NCBI GenBank assembly: GCA_003990765.1
Contig: RBNJ01000164.1
Span: 1-38,286, forward strand
Reading direction: 5' to 3'
DNA length: 38,286 nucleotides
Source of the DNA: Jimgerdemannia flammicorona
Lineage: Eukaryota
In this document: in pieces, positions 10,165 to 21,373 of the stretch
Numbering within the stretch: position 1 is the stretch's first letter
Layout: the number at the start of each line of letters is the position of its first letter
Notes under the pieces: generated by a model
Databases searched by the model: none
Seen by the model: only the letters and a program-made list of their open reading frames with translations
What the model was told of the DNA's origin: nothing
Translations under genes and position numbers: made by a program

Positions 10165-11202
10165 ATGGGCAAATCTACCAAACAAACAAACAAGAAACGG
10201 ATAAATGGCGACTGTATAGCACTGCTGAAAGAATGGAAAAAACGCTCTCGCGGAAAACACAATCCATACGCAAAGGCATTGAGTGAGTTGCAAAAACATA
10301 AAACCGAAATTGGTCTGGATAGAATAACATCGGTCCGTGGCATTGGGCCAAAGATAGCAGCTCGGCTGATGAAAGAATTGTCATATGTCCCTTTGCGGGA
10401 ATCGCCACCAAAACAACAATTATCGCCACCATCACCAGCTCCGCCTCCCCCCGAGATGCTCCACCAATGGGATGCATCGATTACAAATGAATCTGAACCG
10501 CCCTATGAAATCATATTGATTGTAGATTCCCGTGAAAAGGACTTTCCGATAGGCCAATTACACGGGCGTAACATCCGTGTGGAAATTCGCCAGATCGCGC
10601 TTGGAGATATGGTGTTCATTGCCAAGAGTGCAGATGGCCGCGAATTCGTTCTCGATATCGTTATAGAGCGGAAGACTATCAATGATCTGGACATCAGTAT
10701 TATTGATGGCAGATACAAGGAGCAGAAATACCGTCTGCACAAATTGGAAATATCGACTATTGTGTATATTGTTGAGGGACCGGCGCTGAAAAACGAGCGA
10801 CTGAAAACGGCAGTGACGACGTTGCAAATTTTTGACCATTTCCACGTGCAACGATCTGCCAATATCGATGACACGATTGATTATCTCGCCACACTGCATG
10901 CAAATTTTGTGTCACAATACCGGCTAAGTCCGGTTCGAGGAGCCATGACTATGGACATTTACAATGCTACGCTCGACAAATCAGAAACTCTGACGTCAAA
11001 CGATATTTTTTGTTTGATGCTTATGACAATTCCCGGAGTGTCGGCATTGAAAGCTTCACATATAGCTAACGTGTATGGCTCTGTAAGCGCATTGCTATCT
11101 GCATTTGAAGGTCAAAACAGCAAAGAGTTGACGGTTTATAATAGTGTGCCTGAAATTACTAAACTTATTAGCAAACGCATATGCGAGAGTTTTGCTGTAT
11201 AA
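10165..11202 (+). CDS. MUS81: Mus81-like crossover-junction endonuclease (HhH + ERCC4 + HhH2)
   Basis: N-terminal YAKALSEL...VRGIGPKIAARL HhH. Intact ERCC4 motifs VDSRE, LGD, IERKTINDL...DGRYKEQKYRL and YIVEG. C-terminal LMTIPGVS HhH. Intronless and compact. Confidence 0.88.
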   Translation: MGKSTKQTNKKRINGDCIALLKEWKKRSRGKHNPYAKALSELQKHKTEIGLDRITSVRGIGPKIAARLMKELSYVPLRESPPKQQLSPPSPAPPPPEMLHQWDASITNESEPPYEIILIVDSREKDFPIGQLHGRNIRVEIRQIALGDMVFIAKSADGREFVLDIVIERKTINDLDISIIDGRYKEQKYRLHKLEISTIVYIVEGPALKNERLKTAVTTLQIFDHFHVQRSANIDDTIDYLATLHANFVSQYRLSPVRGAMTMDIYNATLDKSETLTSNDIFCLMLMTIPGVSALKASHIANVYGSVSALLSAFEGQNSKELTVYNSVPEITKLISKRICESFAV

Positions 11203-11261
11203 CGTCACGTGTATCACATATAAATAAAAGGTCTTTTTGTGATAATATTGCATTGTGAAAA

Positions 11262-12029
11262 ATGACCGAATTAGAATTTGCTAATAGATCAACGTCTCAC
11301 GATGCGTGGGGGTGGATAAACAGTGATGTGTGTTACATGGCAAGACGTAAAACGCCGTGGGATCCCAAATCGAAGGAAACATATGAAAAACAATTTTATG
11401 ACAAATTCAGAGAACAGGCGGTAGAAATTTACACGGGTAGAGACGAGGTCGGAGTCCACCTTTTGAACTTTTTCAAAAGCATAAACGAAGACGATACAAT
11501 ATCTCTACGACTCTTATGCCATATTGTCGAGAACAAAGTCTATATCATGGCAATGGACGATATATCCTGTAATCTGGTATATAGATCTGGAGGAGTAGTT
11601 ACTCGATTGCCTGTAGAGGAGGAGGATTATCAAGTTGTGGATTTAGATGCCAAATTCGATGGATATCTGATTTTCAATGTGGGTCAGGGCAATACGATAA
11701 ATGGAACGAATACAATTCGATCTATATTCCCAACTTTGAACAAAACAAGTTTGGAAAATATGTGTTTGAAAATTATTGAAAACACTACAATAGTGGGATC
11801 TTGTGGTATTATCAGCATGAAATTAGATTATAATACACCGATTGATTACGGGTTAGATCATTACGGTTCACCAGATGAGGAACCGGATATTAGTGAAAGG
11901 CAAATGCCATATCACTGTGAAATGTGTAAAAGATTGGTAGATGAAGTATCGTTGGTGAGATTACTTTATGAAATACTAAACGAGATTACTGAATTGCGTA
12001 ACATGGTTCAACCCGTTTGTAATAAATAA
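11262..12029 (+). CDS. Hypothetical protein, possibly a degenerate PP2C-fold protein
   Basis: 255-aa ORF. NKVYIMAMDDIS and QVVDLD..DGYLIFNVGQG loosely echo the PP2C LYVANxGDS and FLILASDG motifs, but lack the metal-binding Asp. Confidence 0.45.
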   Translation: MTELEFANRSTSHDAWGWINSDVCYMARRKTPWDPKSKETYEKQFYDKFREQAVEIYTGRDEVGVHLLNFFKSINEDDTISLRLLCHIVENKVYIMAMDDISCNLVYRSGGVVTRLPVEEEDYQVVDLDAKFDGYLIFNVGQGNTINGTNTIRSIFPTLNKTSLENMCLKIIENTTIVGSCGIISMKLDYNTPIDYGLDHYGSPDEEPDISERQMPYHCEMCKRLVDEVSLVRLLYEILNEITELRNMVQPVCNK

Positions 12030-12150
12030 ATTTGAACCAAATAATTTTAGCGCATAAAAATGTCGAGTTCAACATTAAAATTTGAATAACATGTGATATT
12101 GTGTATGTACATAAGCATCGGTTTCCATCCATAATTTTTCATGCATCAGC

Positions 12151-13119
12151 ATGGACGAACCAATTCTCAAACCAAATCCAAAGCGGTTTGTACTGTATCC
12201 TATAAAATATAATGATATATGGGAATTTTACAAGAATGCCGAGGCATCGTTCTGGACGGCAGGCGAGGTTGACCTCATCAAAGATAAACAAGACTGGAAT
12301 AAGTTGACTGATAATGAACGCTCTTTTATCAGCCAAACTCTGGCCTTTTTTGCATCAGCAGATGGAATTGTAAATGAGAATCTTGTTCAGCGCTTCTGCA
12401 ATGAAGTTCAAATTCCGGAAGCGAAATGTTTTTACGGATTTCAAATAATGATTGAAAATATCCACTCTGAGATGTATGCGTTGCTTATTGATACCTATAT
12501 CGAGGATCCCAAGGAAAAGGAGTATTTGTTCAATGCTATCGAAAACATTCCGTGTGTAAAAAAGAAGGCCGATTGGGCTCTCAATTGGATTAGCAATGAA
12601 AGATCGTTTGCCGAACGATTGGTTGCATTTGCTGCAGTTGAGGGCATCTTCTTCTCCAGCTCCTTTGCATCCATATTTTGGCTCAAGAAACGGGGTTTAA
12701 TGCCAGGCCTCGCATTCTCAAACGAATTTATTTCACGTGATGAAGGTTTGCATCGTGATTTTGCCTGTTTATTATTCTCAAAACTCAAGACTAAGCCATC
12801 CGGAAATACAATCCAACAAATTATCAAAGATGCAGTTGATATCGAAAGAGAATTTGCAACCCAATCTCTCCCCGTTGGCCTCATTGGCATGAATGCCGAT
12901 CTTATGTGTCAATACATTGAATTTGTGGCCGATCATTTACTTGTTTCGCTTGGATATAGCAAATGTTACGAAGTCGAGAATCCATTTGATTTCATGAATC
13001 TCATATCGCTTCAGGGTAAAAGCAATTTTTTCGAGCGACGCGTTTCTGAATATCAGCGGGTGGGTGTACGAGACAGAGACCCCAGCGAAAAAATATTTAC
13101 CCTTAAGGCCGATTTCTGA
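12151..13119 (+). CDS. RNR2: Ribonucleotide-diphosphate reductase small (beta) subunit
   Basis: [74 protein letters not shown] and a C-terminal ADF. Lacks the cellular N-terminal extension. Intronless. Confidence 0.97.
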   Translation: MDEPILKPNPKRFVLYPIKYNDIWEFYKNAEASFWTAGEVDLIKDKQDWNKLTDNERSFISQTLAFFASADGIVNENLVQRFCNEVQIPEAKCFYGFQIMIENIHSEMYALLIDTYIEDPKEKEYLFNAIENIPCVKKKADWALNWISNERSFAERLVAFAAVEGIFFSSSFASIFWLKKRGLMPGLAFSNEFISRDEGLHRDFACLLFSKLKTKPSGNTIQQIIKDAVDIEREFATQSLPVGLIGMNADLMCQYIEFVADHLLVSLGYSKCYEVENPFDFMNLISLQGKSNFFERRVSEYQRVGVRDRDPSEKIFTLKADF

Positions 13120-13332
13120 TTATTTACACTATCAATGCGCGAAGGTGTGGGGGGGGGGTGGTGGTGGTTGATAGACAACGCGTTTACTTGATGCTAGCTT
13201 GATTACGATTATTTTTATCACAAGTTTCAGTAAAATGCATAGAATATAATTAAAGGATGTTTACATGTGCCCATATTGTAAAAAATCGTGTACCCAGTAT
13301 AAATAACTCTAGTATATGGAGACCAATCAAAA

Positions 13333-13376
13333 TTTAACGCATAAAAATGTCGAGTCTAGCATTTTTATGCGTTAAA
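13333..13376. repeat. 44-bp palindrome, co-variant TTTAACG...CGTTAAA
   Basis: Both arms are changed symmetrically. Preceded by CCAATC. Confidence 0.92.
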
Positions 13377-13623
13377 TTTTATTTCTAGAATGTTCCAACC
13401 AATTTACCGCCACATTATGGATTGCTCTTAGTTATATTTAAAATTACTCATAAATAATCTCGTCTATCGCATATCTGCTACCACTGCCAGATACAGAAGG
13501 CTTCATATACACATCAATATTATACCAAGCAACTCCATAATTTCTTCCATTGATTGAAATCGCGCAAGTACAATCATATGTATTTAAGTGTAATGTGATG
13601 ACGTATCCATCATATACATTTTC

Positions 13624-14643
13624 TCAAAAACTTATCTGTCTTTTGCCATTAAAAAGTTCTTTCTTCGTATTGTTTGCAACAAATTTATATGAGTCCAGTG
13701 CAGGTGGCATTCGAATATCACAAACTGAAGTTAACAAACCAACCACACATTCCAAACCCACAGATTCCACAACAATGTCCCATTCGATCAAACTGTTAAC
13801 CCGTCGAGTATTGAAATCTCGAACTGTTGCCAGCTGATTATCTGTAATATTCACAACATCGTCGTGTACTGGCATATATTCCATTTCCCAATCCAAATTG
13901 TCATATATGGACGAAATTCCACAGCGTAAATATCTGCAGGTGGTATGGTTCATTTTGTGGTACGAATCACGCCATTTGGGGATTGGTAAACGACAAAGGA
14001 CTGACGAATCGAGATGGTTTATCATTTCGAGTAATAGATCATCGTTGCCATCTCTACTCGATACCCAGTCGATGACTATTGTCGAAAGTTCGTGTTCAAG
14101 TGTTACAAATTTCGTCGCATTATCTAAAATTAATTCCATAGCTGTTTTGCTGAGCGATGACAATTCGCCAACTTTGATTTATCAGATGCGAAAAGGTCGG
14201 AGAATCAGATTGAAGAATTTCTGGTGGGGGTCGATTGCCGGAAATTTATCAACTATTTTATTAAGGAGTGTTGGGTCGATATCCATATTTTCAAAATCGG
14301 AGAATTAGTCAATTAACTTGTTTCCAATGTCTGGAAGATTCAAATAATCAGAAACACGATAAAATCTCAAACATCGTAGCAATATCAAATTTTATATCTG
14401 TCTTGTCGGTAAAAATAAAGTCGAGAATTATCTTGAGCGCATCGGAGTTTACGTCGGTTAATGCAATTTTATCGTCGAGGTGATAATGTCCATAAAACAT
14501 AGCATAGAAATAATCGCTTCTTGAAGCCAATATTGTTTTGTTTGATGTTATTTCGATTTTGTCTGCACATATAAAAGTTACATCGTGTAACCAGTAAGAA
14601 TATATGCAATATCGTTATTGAAGTTGCAACCGCGTGTGTACAT
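13624..14643 (-). pseudogene. Disrupted BTB/POZ(-BACK) domain gene
   Basis: DVTFICADKIEITSNKTILASRSDYFYAMFYG...LTDVNSDALKIILDFIFT is a BTB motif, followed by stops and frameshifts. The downstream ORF 13624-14163 is BACK-like (EHELSTIVIDWV). Confidence 0.7.
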
Positions 14644-14747
14644 GGTGAAAATGTGTATGTATGATGACATTTAACATACTGTTTATATAATCTGCACCAC
14701 ATTGCTTGATTCAACCCCTCCCACCAACCCCTCCCCATTATCGCAAG

Positions 14748-14927
14748 ATTTGACGCATAAAAATGATTTTTATGCGTTAAAATTTATTGATGGTCATATG
14801 ATCGTGTGCCCATATTGTAAAATTGTGTGCCCAATATAATTTTACATATTCCGAGTTTCTGGGTACGCTCAATAAATTTAAGATTTGACGCATAAAAATG
14901 TCGAGTCTAGCATTTTTATGCGTTAAA
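14748..14927. repeat. Spacer-deleted palindrome (14748-14781), TGGGCACAC dyad and full palindrome (14884-14927)
   Basis: TTTGACGCATAAAAATG-ATTTTTATGCGTTAAA lacks the central spacer. The full copy follows. Confidence 0.88.
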
Positions 14928-15043
14928 TTAGACACTTGATATGTACTGGTCTGTAGAATTTTCATTCCAAAAATTCAAGGATATACATTGAATTTCCGAG
15001 TTTATTTAGCAATAACCATACCATAATATACCCCAAGATACAA

Positions 15044-17695
15044 CTATTTAATTTGATCATCGATGCTTTCCAACAATTGCAAAGATGTTTTCGTATCTGG
15101 GTGTTCCAATCCCAACTTCGTCTTCTGAATCTCCAAAGCTTGCGCGAGTTGAATTTTGGCATCAGTGTGCTTGTTTTGACAGCTGTAGAGCAAAGCCAGT
15201 TTGTACAAGCATGCAGCAGTCTCCGGATGATCCAGCCCCGCCCCGTTCTTCCATATCGGCAAAGTTTGTCCAAGCAGTGTTTCGGCCTCATTGTACCTGC
15301 TCTGATGGATGTAGACCAGGGCTAGGTTGTCCATAGACATTGCAGTGTCGAGATGATTTGGTCCCAACTTGTCCTCCCTGATTGCTAGAGCATGTTTTTG
15401 CAGTGTCTCGGCCTCGCTATATCTACCTTGATAATCGCAAACTAGCGCCAAGTTGCCTAGACACGTCGCGACTCCTGGATGATCAGGACCCAATGCCTCC
15501 TCACGAATTGCCAGAGCTCGGTTGTGCAGTCTCTCTGCTTCGTCGTATATGCCTTGATGCCCGAGAAGCCTGCCCAGATTGGATAGTGATGTCGAGGTGT
15601 TCGGGTGCTCTGATCCAAACAAATTCTCACAGATTGCCAGTGCCCGTCTATACAGCCGTTCGGATTTGTCGTATTTGCCTTGAATTCTGTAAAGCATGGC
15701 CAGACTGTTCAGCGACACCGCAGTGTCCCAGTGCTCTGGCCCCAAAACCGTCTCGCGTATTTCCAGCGCCTGTTGTTGTAGCAGTTCAGCTTCGTTGTAT
15801 TTGCTCTGATTTCTGTAAACCCCTGCCAAAGCGTTCAGTGGCGTTGTCGCGTGTAGGTGATCTATCCCCCACGTCTTCTCCACAATGGCCAGTGCCCATT
15901 TCAGCAGTGCCTCGGCCTCGCTGTACCTTCCCAGAGTGTCGTAAAGATTGGCAAGATTGGTAAGTGCCGTCTTGATGTGGGGGTGCTCTGGCCCCAACAC
16001 ATTCTCACAGATTTCCAAGACCTGTTTGTAAAGTATTACGGCCTCATTATACTTGCCCCGGCTCTTGTTAAGCATGGCCAGACTATTCAGCGACACTGCA
16101 GTCTCCCGGTGATTCGATCCCAACACCTTTTCTCGGATCGCCAAAGCCCGATGGTGCAGCCGCTCTGAATCATTGTATTGGTGTTTATTGTAGTACACGC
16201 CAGCCAAACTGAAGAGCGACGTTGCAGTATCCACGTGCTCTAGACCTCTCGTCATCTCGAAGATTTCCAGTGCTTGTTGGTGCATCAACTCGGCCTGGTC
16301 GTACTTTCCCTGATGTTCATAAACTCTGGCCAGATGGTTCATCGATGTTGCTGTGTCTGGGTCATTTGTTCCAAGCGTCTTCTTGCGAATCGCAAGTGCT
16401 TGTTGTTGCACCGACTCGGCTTCATTGTACCGGCCGCTGCTTTCATAAAGCACCGCCAGATGATACAGTGCTGTCGCGGTACTTGGATGCTCTCGCCCAT
16501 TAGTCTTTTCGGAAATCTCAACCGAGAGCAGCGCAAGATCTTCCACCCCACACTGCTGGAGAACACGAACTGTTCGGATCAGTACAGTGTAGAGGTCCGT
16601 GGATGCGAGCGGTTGGGGGGTGAGTGTGACGAAATGACGAATATGCGGAAGATACCAATCCATGATTTTTCGACTGTGAGGATCGTACGAATTAAGCGCA
16701 TCTAGTGGTTCAGTCTCGTTGCTAAGTGCGGTAGCAATACTGTGGATGCATTGTTGTTTCTGCACACTTTCCATCGCATCGCAGACCGCCTTCTGGACCA
16801 GCCGATGAATCCTCAGCAAGCCAATATGGGTTCTTTTCACAAAGGAAAACTCGACAAGCATGTCAATTGCCTGCGAAGCAATCTCGGGTTTCAACGAATA
16901 TTGTTTTTCAAAAAGGCATGTGGGAATATTTTCCGGTTGGAGGAATGCACAGATTTCAAGGATTTGCATTGCTGTAGGGTTTTTAGTTTTGATGTGTTCC
17001 AACGACGTTTTCCAGACTGTAGCGAGTATGGCGTCTTGCTTCGTCGGCAATTCTTGCAGATATTGCTGAAACGAACTCTGAGTGTTACGGATGTATGCCC
17101 GTGCGAGGTCGACTGCGAGTGGTATGCAATCGAGATTTACGACAATCTCTCGAGCTGCAGGATCGTTTGGCGAGTCACCAAGCAACAGCGAGATTGCTTC
17201 ATCGTCTTCCATCTTATCTACGCAAACTACCGCCGCCGCCCTGTTCGCGAGAATGGGCTCACGGGTTGTAAAAATGATGTCGCCACCAACGCGCGGCAAA
17301 AGATCAAACACCTTTTCGGCCATCACGTCGTCTGCATTGTCCAGGAGAAGCAGCCATTTTGGTTTCCTTTGGAGTTGTGTGCAAACCCAGTCGATAACTG
17401 CCTCCTCCTTGCTGATGTCTTTGTCGAGGCCCAGGTTGACGGCTAGTTTGCGAAATGCATCGACTGCTATAGACCAGCTGCTGACCTCCAGCCAGAAAAC
17501 ATGCTCGTATTCAATTGAGTGCATGTAGCAGTACTGAAGCATCAACTGGGTCTTGCCCATGCCTCCAAGTCCTTTGAGTACCAGGATTGTCGAACCATTC
17601 GCAAGTGATGCCGCCATATTCACAAGGATCTCTGGACGATAGATGAAACAGAAATTTTGGGCAGGAACGTTGTAGAATTTCTCAATGTCCGTCAT
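15044..17695 (-). CDS. Fungal NLR-like NB-ARC + TPR protein with no N-terminal effector domain
   Basis: Walker A GLGGMGKTQL, Walker B LLLLDNAD, IIFTTR and IPLAVDLA (GLPL-like), then ~11 42-aa TPRs (LGPEHPxTAxSLNxLA...YxEAE.L...AL.IRE). Start placed at MTDIEK. Intronless. Confidence 0.92.
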   Translation of the reverse strand: MTDIEKFYNVPAQNFCFIYRPEILVNMAASLANGSTILVLKGLGGMGKTQLMLQYCYMHSIEYEHVFWLEVSSWSIAVDAFRKLAVNLGLDKDISKEEAVIDWVCTQLQRKPKWLLLLDNADDVMAEKVFDLLPRVGGDIIFTTREPILANRAAAVVCVDKMEDDEAISLLLGDSPNDPAAREIVVNLDCIPLAVDLARAYIRNTQSSFQQYLQELPTKQDAILATVWKTSLEHIKTKNPTAMQILEICAFLQPENIPTCLFEKQYSLKPEIASQAIDMLVEFSFVKRTHIGLLRIHRLVQKAVCDAMESVQKQQCIHSIATALSNETEPLDALNSYDPHSRKIMDWYLPHIRHFVTLTPQPLASTDLYTVLIRTVRVLQQCGVEDLALLSVEISEKTNGREHPSTATALYHLAVLYESSGRYNEAESVQQQALAIRKKTLGTNDPDTATSMNHLARVYEHQGKYDQAELMHQQALEIFEMTRGLEHVDTATSLFSLAGVYYNKHQYNDSERLHHRALAIREKVLGSNHRETAVSLNSLAMLNKSRGKYNEAVILYKQVLEICENVLGPEHPHIKTALTNLANLYDTLGRYSEAEALLKWALAIVEKTWGIDHLHATTPLNALAGVYRNQSKYNEAELLQQQALEIRETVLGPEHWDTAVSLNSLAMLYRIQGKYDKSERLYRRALAICENLFGSEHPNTSTSLSNLGRLLGHQGIYDEAERLHNRALAIREEALGPDHPGVATCLGNLALVCDYQGRYSEAETLQKHALAIREDKLGPNHLDTAMSMDNLALVYIHQSRYNEAETLLGQTLPIWKNGAGLDHPETAACLYKLALLYSCQNKHTDAKIQLAQALEIQKTKLGLEHPDTKTSLQLLESIDDQIK

Positions 17696-18023
17696 GGTAA
17701 GGTAAGTTGCTCTTAGATTTCGTTGCTCTGTTAATAAAATATATATAACTGTCGCAGCAAATTTACTTGCGGGCCCGAACACAATTTGGGTGCAGGTTCA
17801 TGTATCGCAACAGACAATTATCTTGAATGGCAAATCGTTTCGTGATTAACATTTATTTCGTAGACATATCGTCCATCGATAATAACTGTTTAATAAACTA
17901 TTTCATAGTGTAAATTTGACACAAATGTTGAGTATGGCATTTTAAGCGTTAAAATTATTTCTGATTCAATAAACTATTTCATGAGAACTTGGTCCAGATA
18001 ACCACTGTATTACGTAATCAAGA

Positions 18024-18917
18024 TTTGACGCTTAAAAATGCTAGACTCGACATTTTTAAGCGTCAAATTTCTTGATTCAACAACAGCTGGCAAGTTTCAA
18101 TACAATAACCTATTTCGCGAGAAAAGAATTTTGTCCCAGATTGCGGTTGCATTACGTAATCAAGATTTGACGCTTAAAAATGCTAGACTCGACATTTTTA
18201 TGCGTCAAATCTTGATTGGTGCTAGCGATTACCAAAATTTGACGTGTCGAATTTTCATTCCCATTACACACTCCATGTTTTCAGAGGGTTTATCTTTTTT
18301 TTACAATAATATATAACACGTCAATATGTAATCAGGATTTCCCCTGGACATGGATATCAAACAAACAATACCACCATGTTCAGAAATCGTAGTTATTGTA
18401 AACGATTGCTGTCGTGTAAAGTGCCATTCACAAAAAAACTAAGAATCGAGTCATGTGATCGTGTGCCAATACTGTAAAGATGGGTGCCCAGTATAATTTG
18501 GATTTGTACTGCATTGACCGCAACGAAAAAAGTTGGTTATTACATTTGTAAAACACTTTGAAATTCCAATGTGTACGACAAGTTTCCTGTGCACACTGAC
18601 AATGAATACACACGTAAGTTATGTAGAAGTACTTTGTACAGTCAATCGTGCCAAACAGTGCAAGAATTACTTACAATTGGGCAAGATGCCCGCATCTTTC
18701 AAAGTACGATTCTATAACTATAATGTGGACATCAAACAAACAACTTGTAAAGCGCCATTCAAAATTTGATGCTTAAAAATGCTAGGCTCGACATTTTTAA
18801 GCGTCAAATTTCTTGATTCAACAACAGCTGGCAAATAATCTATCCCAGATCGCTGCGTATTACGTAATCAAGAGTTGACGCTTAAAAATGCTAGACTCGA
18901 CATTTTTAAGCGTCAAA
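18024..18917. repeat. Four palindromes (18024-18067, 18166-18209, 18765-18808, 18874-18917) around a copy of the 330-bp repeat
   Basis: The variant GCTTAAAAATG...CATTTTTAAGC predominates. The 18166 copy extends to ~60 bp (AATCAAGA...TCTTGATT). Copies are often preceded by ATTACGTAAT. Confidence 0.92.
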
Positions 18918-19226
18918 AAAACTTTGTCCAGATAGCCACTGTATTACGTAATCATGATTTTGATGCGTTAAAATTAAAGCTCTTTACCAGAAATTTGGGT
19001 AATATATTGTGTGCACGATATTTACACAATTGTAACATTGATAAACGTTTGTTGGGTTTCGCCAAATTTGTAAATAACCACCTTTGTGTATTTATCAACT
19101 ACATATGCGATTTAATTTTGATAAGTCTCGACAAACTTTTATCACCCAGTCGGCATGGAGGGGGGAGTGGCTGGGTGGATGCACTGTATAAAAGGTTTGT
19201 CCAGTAGTCTGAAACTTTAAAAAAAA

Positions 19227-20189
19227 ATGAGATCGAAACGCTTGAGTGGTGAACCGCCAGAGTATCCCAGCGGATTGATTTATTATCGCAAAAAGCGCAG
19301 ACTTGTTAAAAACAAATTTATTATTCTCCCCATGGTTTTCCAATATCTCTATGATTGCGATCCAAGACAATTTCGCCAGAATTTCTTTACTTACAGCCTC
19401 GTTAGCCGCCATTTCAATGATGAAGCCGTCTTGTATCTCTACAAACGAATTGATCTTACAGATATTATTGATCCACCCGAGATTATGAAAAGACTGGGTG
19501 TCTACAACAAGACCATTGGTGAAAATCCAAAGCTTGCTGCCATGTGTACCAGTTTCTATATACCAGAAACCTATAATGGGTGTGTACCTATTATTTCAGA
19601 CATTATCCGACGTCTTTCAAATGTCAAGTGTGCCCAGGTTACTTCCGTTGACCAGTTCATGCTTGCCGAAATTTTCCGCCATTGGTGTAAGTTGGAAGAT
19701 ATGACCGTCACGCTCCGATACAACGATGATATCAATATCTGTTACATTCACCAACTGGATTTAGATGACCACCCTACTCTGAAATCACTCACATTCTGCA
19801 AATCTTGGATAAATGATGCTATAGAACACATTGTAAATCTCTGTCCGTCTCTTAAACGCATCTATTTCAAAGATTGCACGTTTTGGGATTTTGAAAAACT
19901 ATCTTTTAATCACGAACTAGATATTCTATCATTCCATAATTGCAATGACCATTTGATTATAAATATTATTGAATGTGTTCGTGGTTTGCGCGAACTCGAG
20001 ATTACTTGTATGCACGAACTCCACAAAGTTGTTATCGACTCTATTCTCAGTCTCGTTCCCACAATTTGTCAAATTACATTGCGCGACATTGATTGTATAG
20101 CAGCTTATAATTATCTCGCTCGCAATTTGAAAAATCATGCCAATCTTTGTACTGATAATTGTGGAATCTTCAATTATTATAATATATAA
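19227..20189 (+). CDS. F-box/leucine-rich-repeat-like protein
   Basis: LPMVFQYL...SLVSRHFNDEAVLYLYKRIDL (F-box-like) followed by LRR-like units (LKSLTF, CPSLKRIYF, LRELEI). Confidence 0.65.
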   Translation: MRSKRLSGEPPEYPSGLIYYRKKRRLVKNKFIILPMVFQYLYDCDPRQFRQNFFTYSLVSRHFNDEAVLYLYKRIDLTDIIDPPEIMKRLGVYNKTIGENPKLAAMCTSFYIPETYNGCVPIISDIIRRLSNVKCAQVTSVDQFMLAEIFRHWCKLEDMTVTLRYNDDINICYIHQLDLDDHPTLKSLTFCKSWINDAIEHIVNLCPSLKRIYFKDCTFWDFEKLSFNHELDILSFHNCNDHLIINIIECVRGLRELEITCMHELHKVVIDSILSLVPTICQITLRDIDCIAAYNYLARNLKNHANLCTDNCGIFNYYNI

Positions 20190-20228
20190 AAATTTAATTA
20201 TTTGTAAGATCATGTGTCCATTGGAGAT

Positions 20229-20272
20229 TTTGACGCATAAAAATGTCGAGTCTAGCATTTTTATGCATCAAA
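20229..20272. repeat. 44-bp palindrome copy
   Basis: One arm mismatch (TGCATCAAA). Confidence 0.9.
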
Positions 20273-20485
20273 TTTACAACTGATTGCGTAATCGGTTCAG
20301 TGACGCAAATATATTGGGCACACGATTTTACAATATGGGCACACGATCATGTGACCAAGCATGATTTTAACGCTTTGGCAAATCTTTTCTTACCATCTGA
20401 TATGTTTTCATCGCGTGGTCATATAGCTGGTCGCTGTCGTTATGTCTCTCATTCCTTAATGATAATAATATAGTCAATAACATCG

Positions 20486-20761
20486 ATGTCTACCAAAGCT
20501 GAAGTTCGTGGGCTGGAGGATCAATATGAGACTTTAAAAACTGAACATGAGACTTTGAACGCCAAATATGACACCTTGAAAGTGAAATATGGCATCTTGA
20601 AAGCTAAATATGAGGCTCTGAAGTCCAAATTGGAGCTTGGTTCACACAACATGTATATGGTAAATGGGTTGCGACGTGGAGGGGGGGGGGTGCAGAGTTG
20701 CGTCGCACGTTCATTTATTTTACAACTATTTGCGTTCAATACATTCGAAATCAAAAACTAA
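20486..20761 (+). CDS. Short coiled-coil (heptad-repeat) protein; 3' end uncertain, possibly spliced
   Basis: YETLKTE/HETLNAK/YDTLKVK/YGILKAK/YEALKSK heptads. A dyad motif lies upstream at 20310-20350. Confidence 0.5.
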   Translation: MSTKAEVRGLEDQYETLKTEHETLNAKYDTLKVKYGILKAKYEALKSKLELGSHNMYMVNGLRRGGGGVQSCVARSFILQLFAFNTFEIKN

Positions 20762-21067
20762 GGCTCCATTATCATGCTCGCCCTTGATCAGAACCGGGTC
20801 CACGGCAAGTTTGAAATTTTTATGTTCGATGTCGTCGTTTACATAGTAATCCAAATCGCTCTTGTTGTCGAATTTGACTATGAACACGTACGTAAAGCCT
20901 CGGTCAAGACCTTCCTCCGAGATATTCACGCCACTTTCGATGCTCTGGATGTATTCCCTGCCTTGTCTCACACAAACGTTTTTCAAATTGTGGAATTGTT
21001 TGATAACGGCTTGAACATCTGTAGATTCGATGTTGAAACGGAAGACGACAGTGTGGGTGATAGTCAT
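20726..21067 (-). CDS. Stress-responsive A/B barrel (Dabb) protein
   Basis: ITHTVVFRF...GVNISEEGLDRGFTYVFIVKFDNKSDLDYYVNDDIEH...LVFDF matches the Dabb pattern. Confidence 0.85.
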   Translation of the reverse strand: MTITHTVVFRFNIESTDVQAVIKQFHNLKNVCVRQGREYIQSIESGVNISEEGLDRGFTYVFIVKFDNKSDLDYYVNDDIEHKNFKLAVDPVLIKGEHDNGALVFDFECIERK

Positions 21068-21373
21068 TGTTTGAGGGGAAAGTGAAGAGATTGTCAAAAA
21101 AAAAATTTCATCCGGTTGTATTATCGGGATTTGATTTTTGAGTAGGAGATTGAAATTGTGTTTGAATTCCTCATATATCAATATCCAACCATTTTTGTTC
21201 GGGATGTGCCAAAGGCTTGATAACAGTTAATAATATCATCAAATTCTGAAGAATCAATACAGTCTTATATGATATACAATACCGTTTTGTATGTATTTGA
21301 TATGTATTTCAGAATAAGTTTATTAAAAAAAATTGGATAATGAAAAATTATAACACAGTACTAATAAAATATC

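Noticed and set aside
15053..17528. Many plus-strand ORFs over the NB-ARC-TPR gene (likewise antisense ORFs over YqaJ, Mus81, RNR2 and the kinase)
   Set aside because: Shadow ORFs on the antisense strand of clear coding genes, with no motifs of their own.
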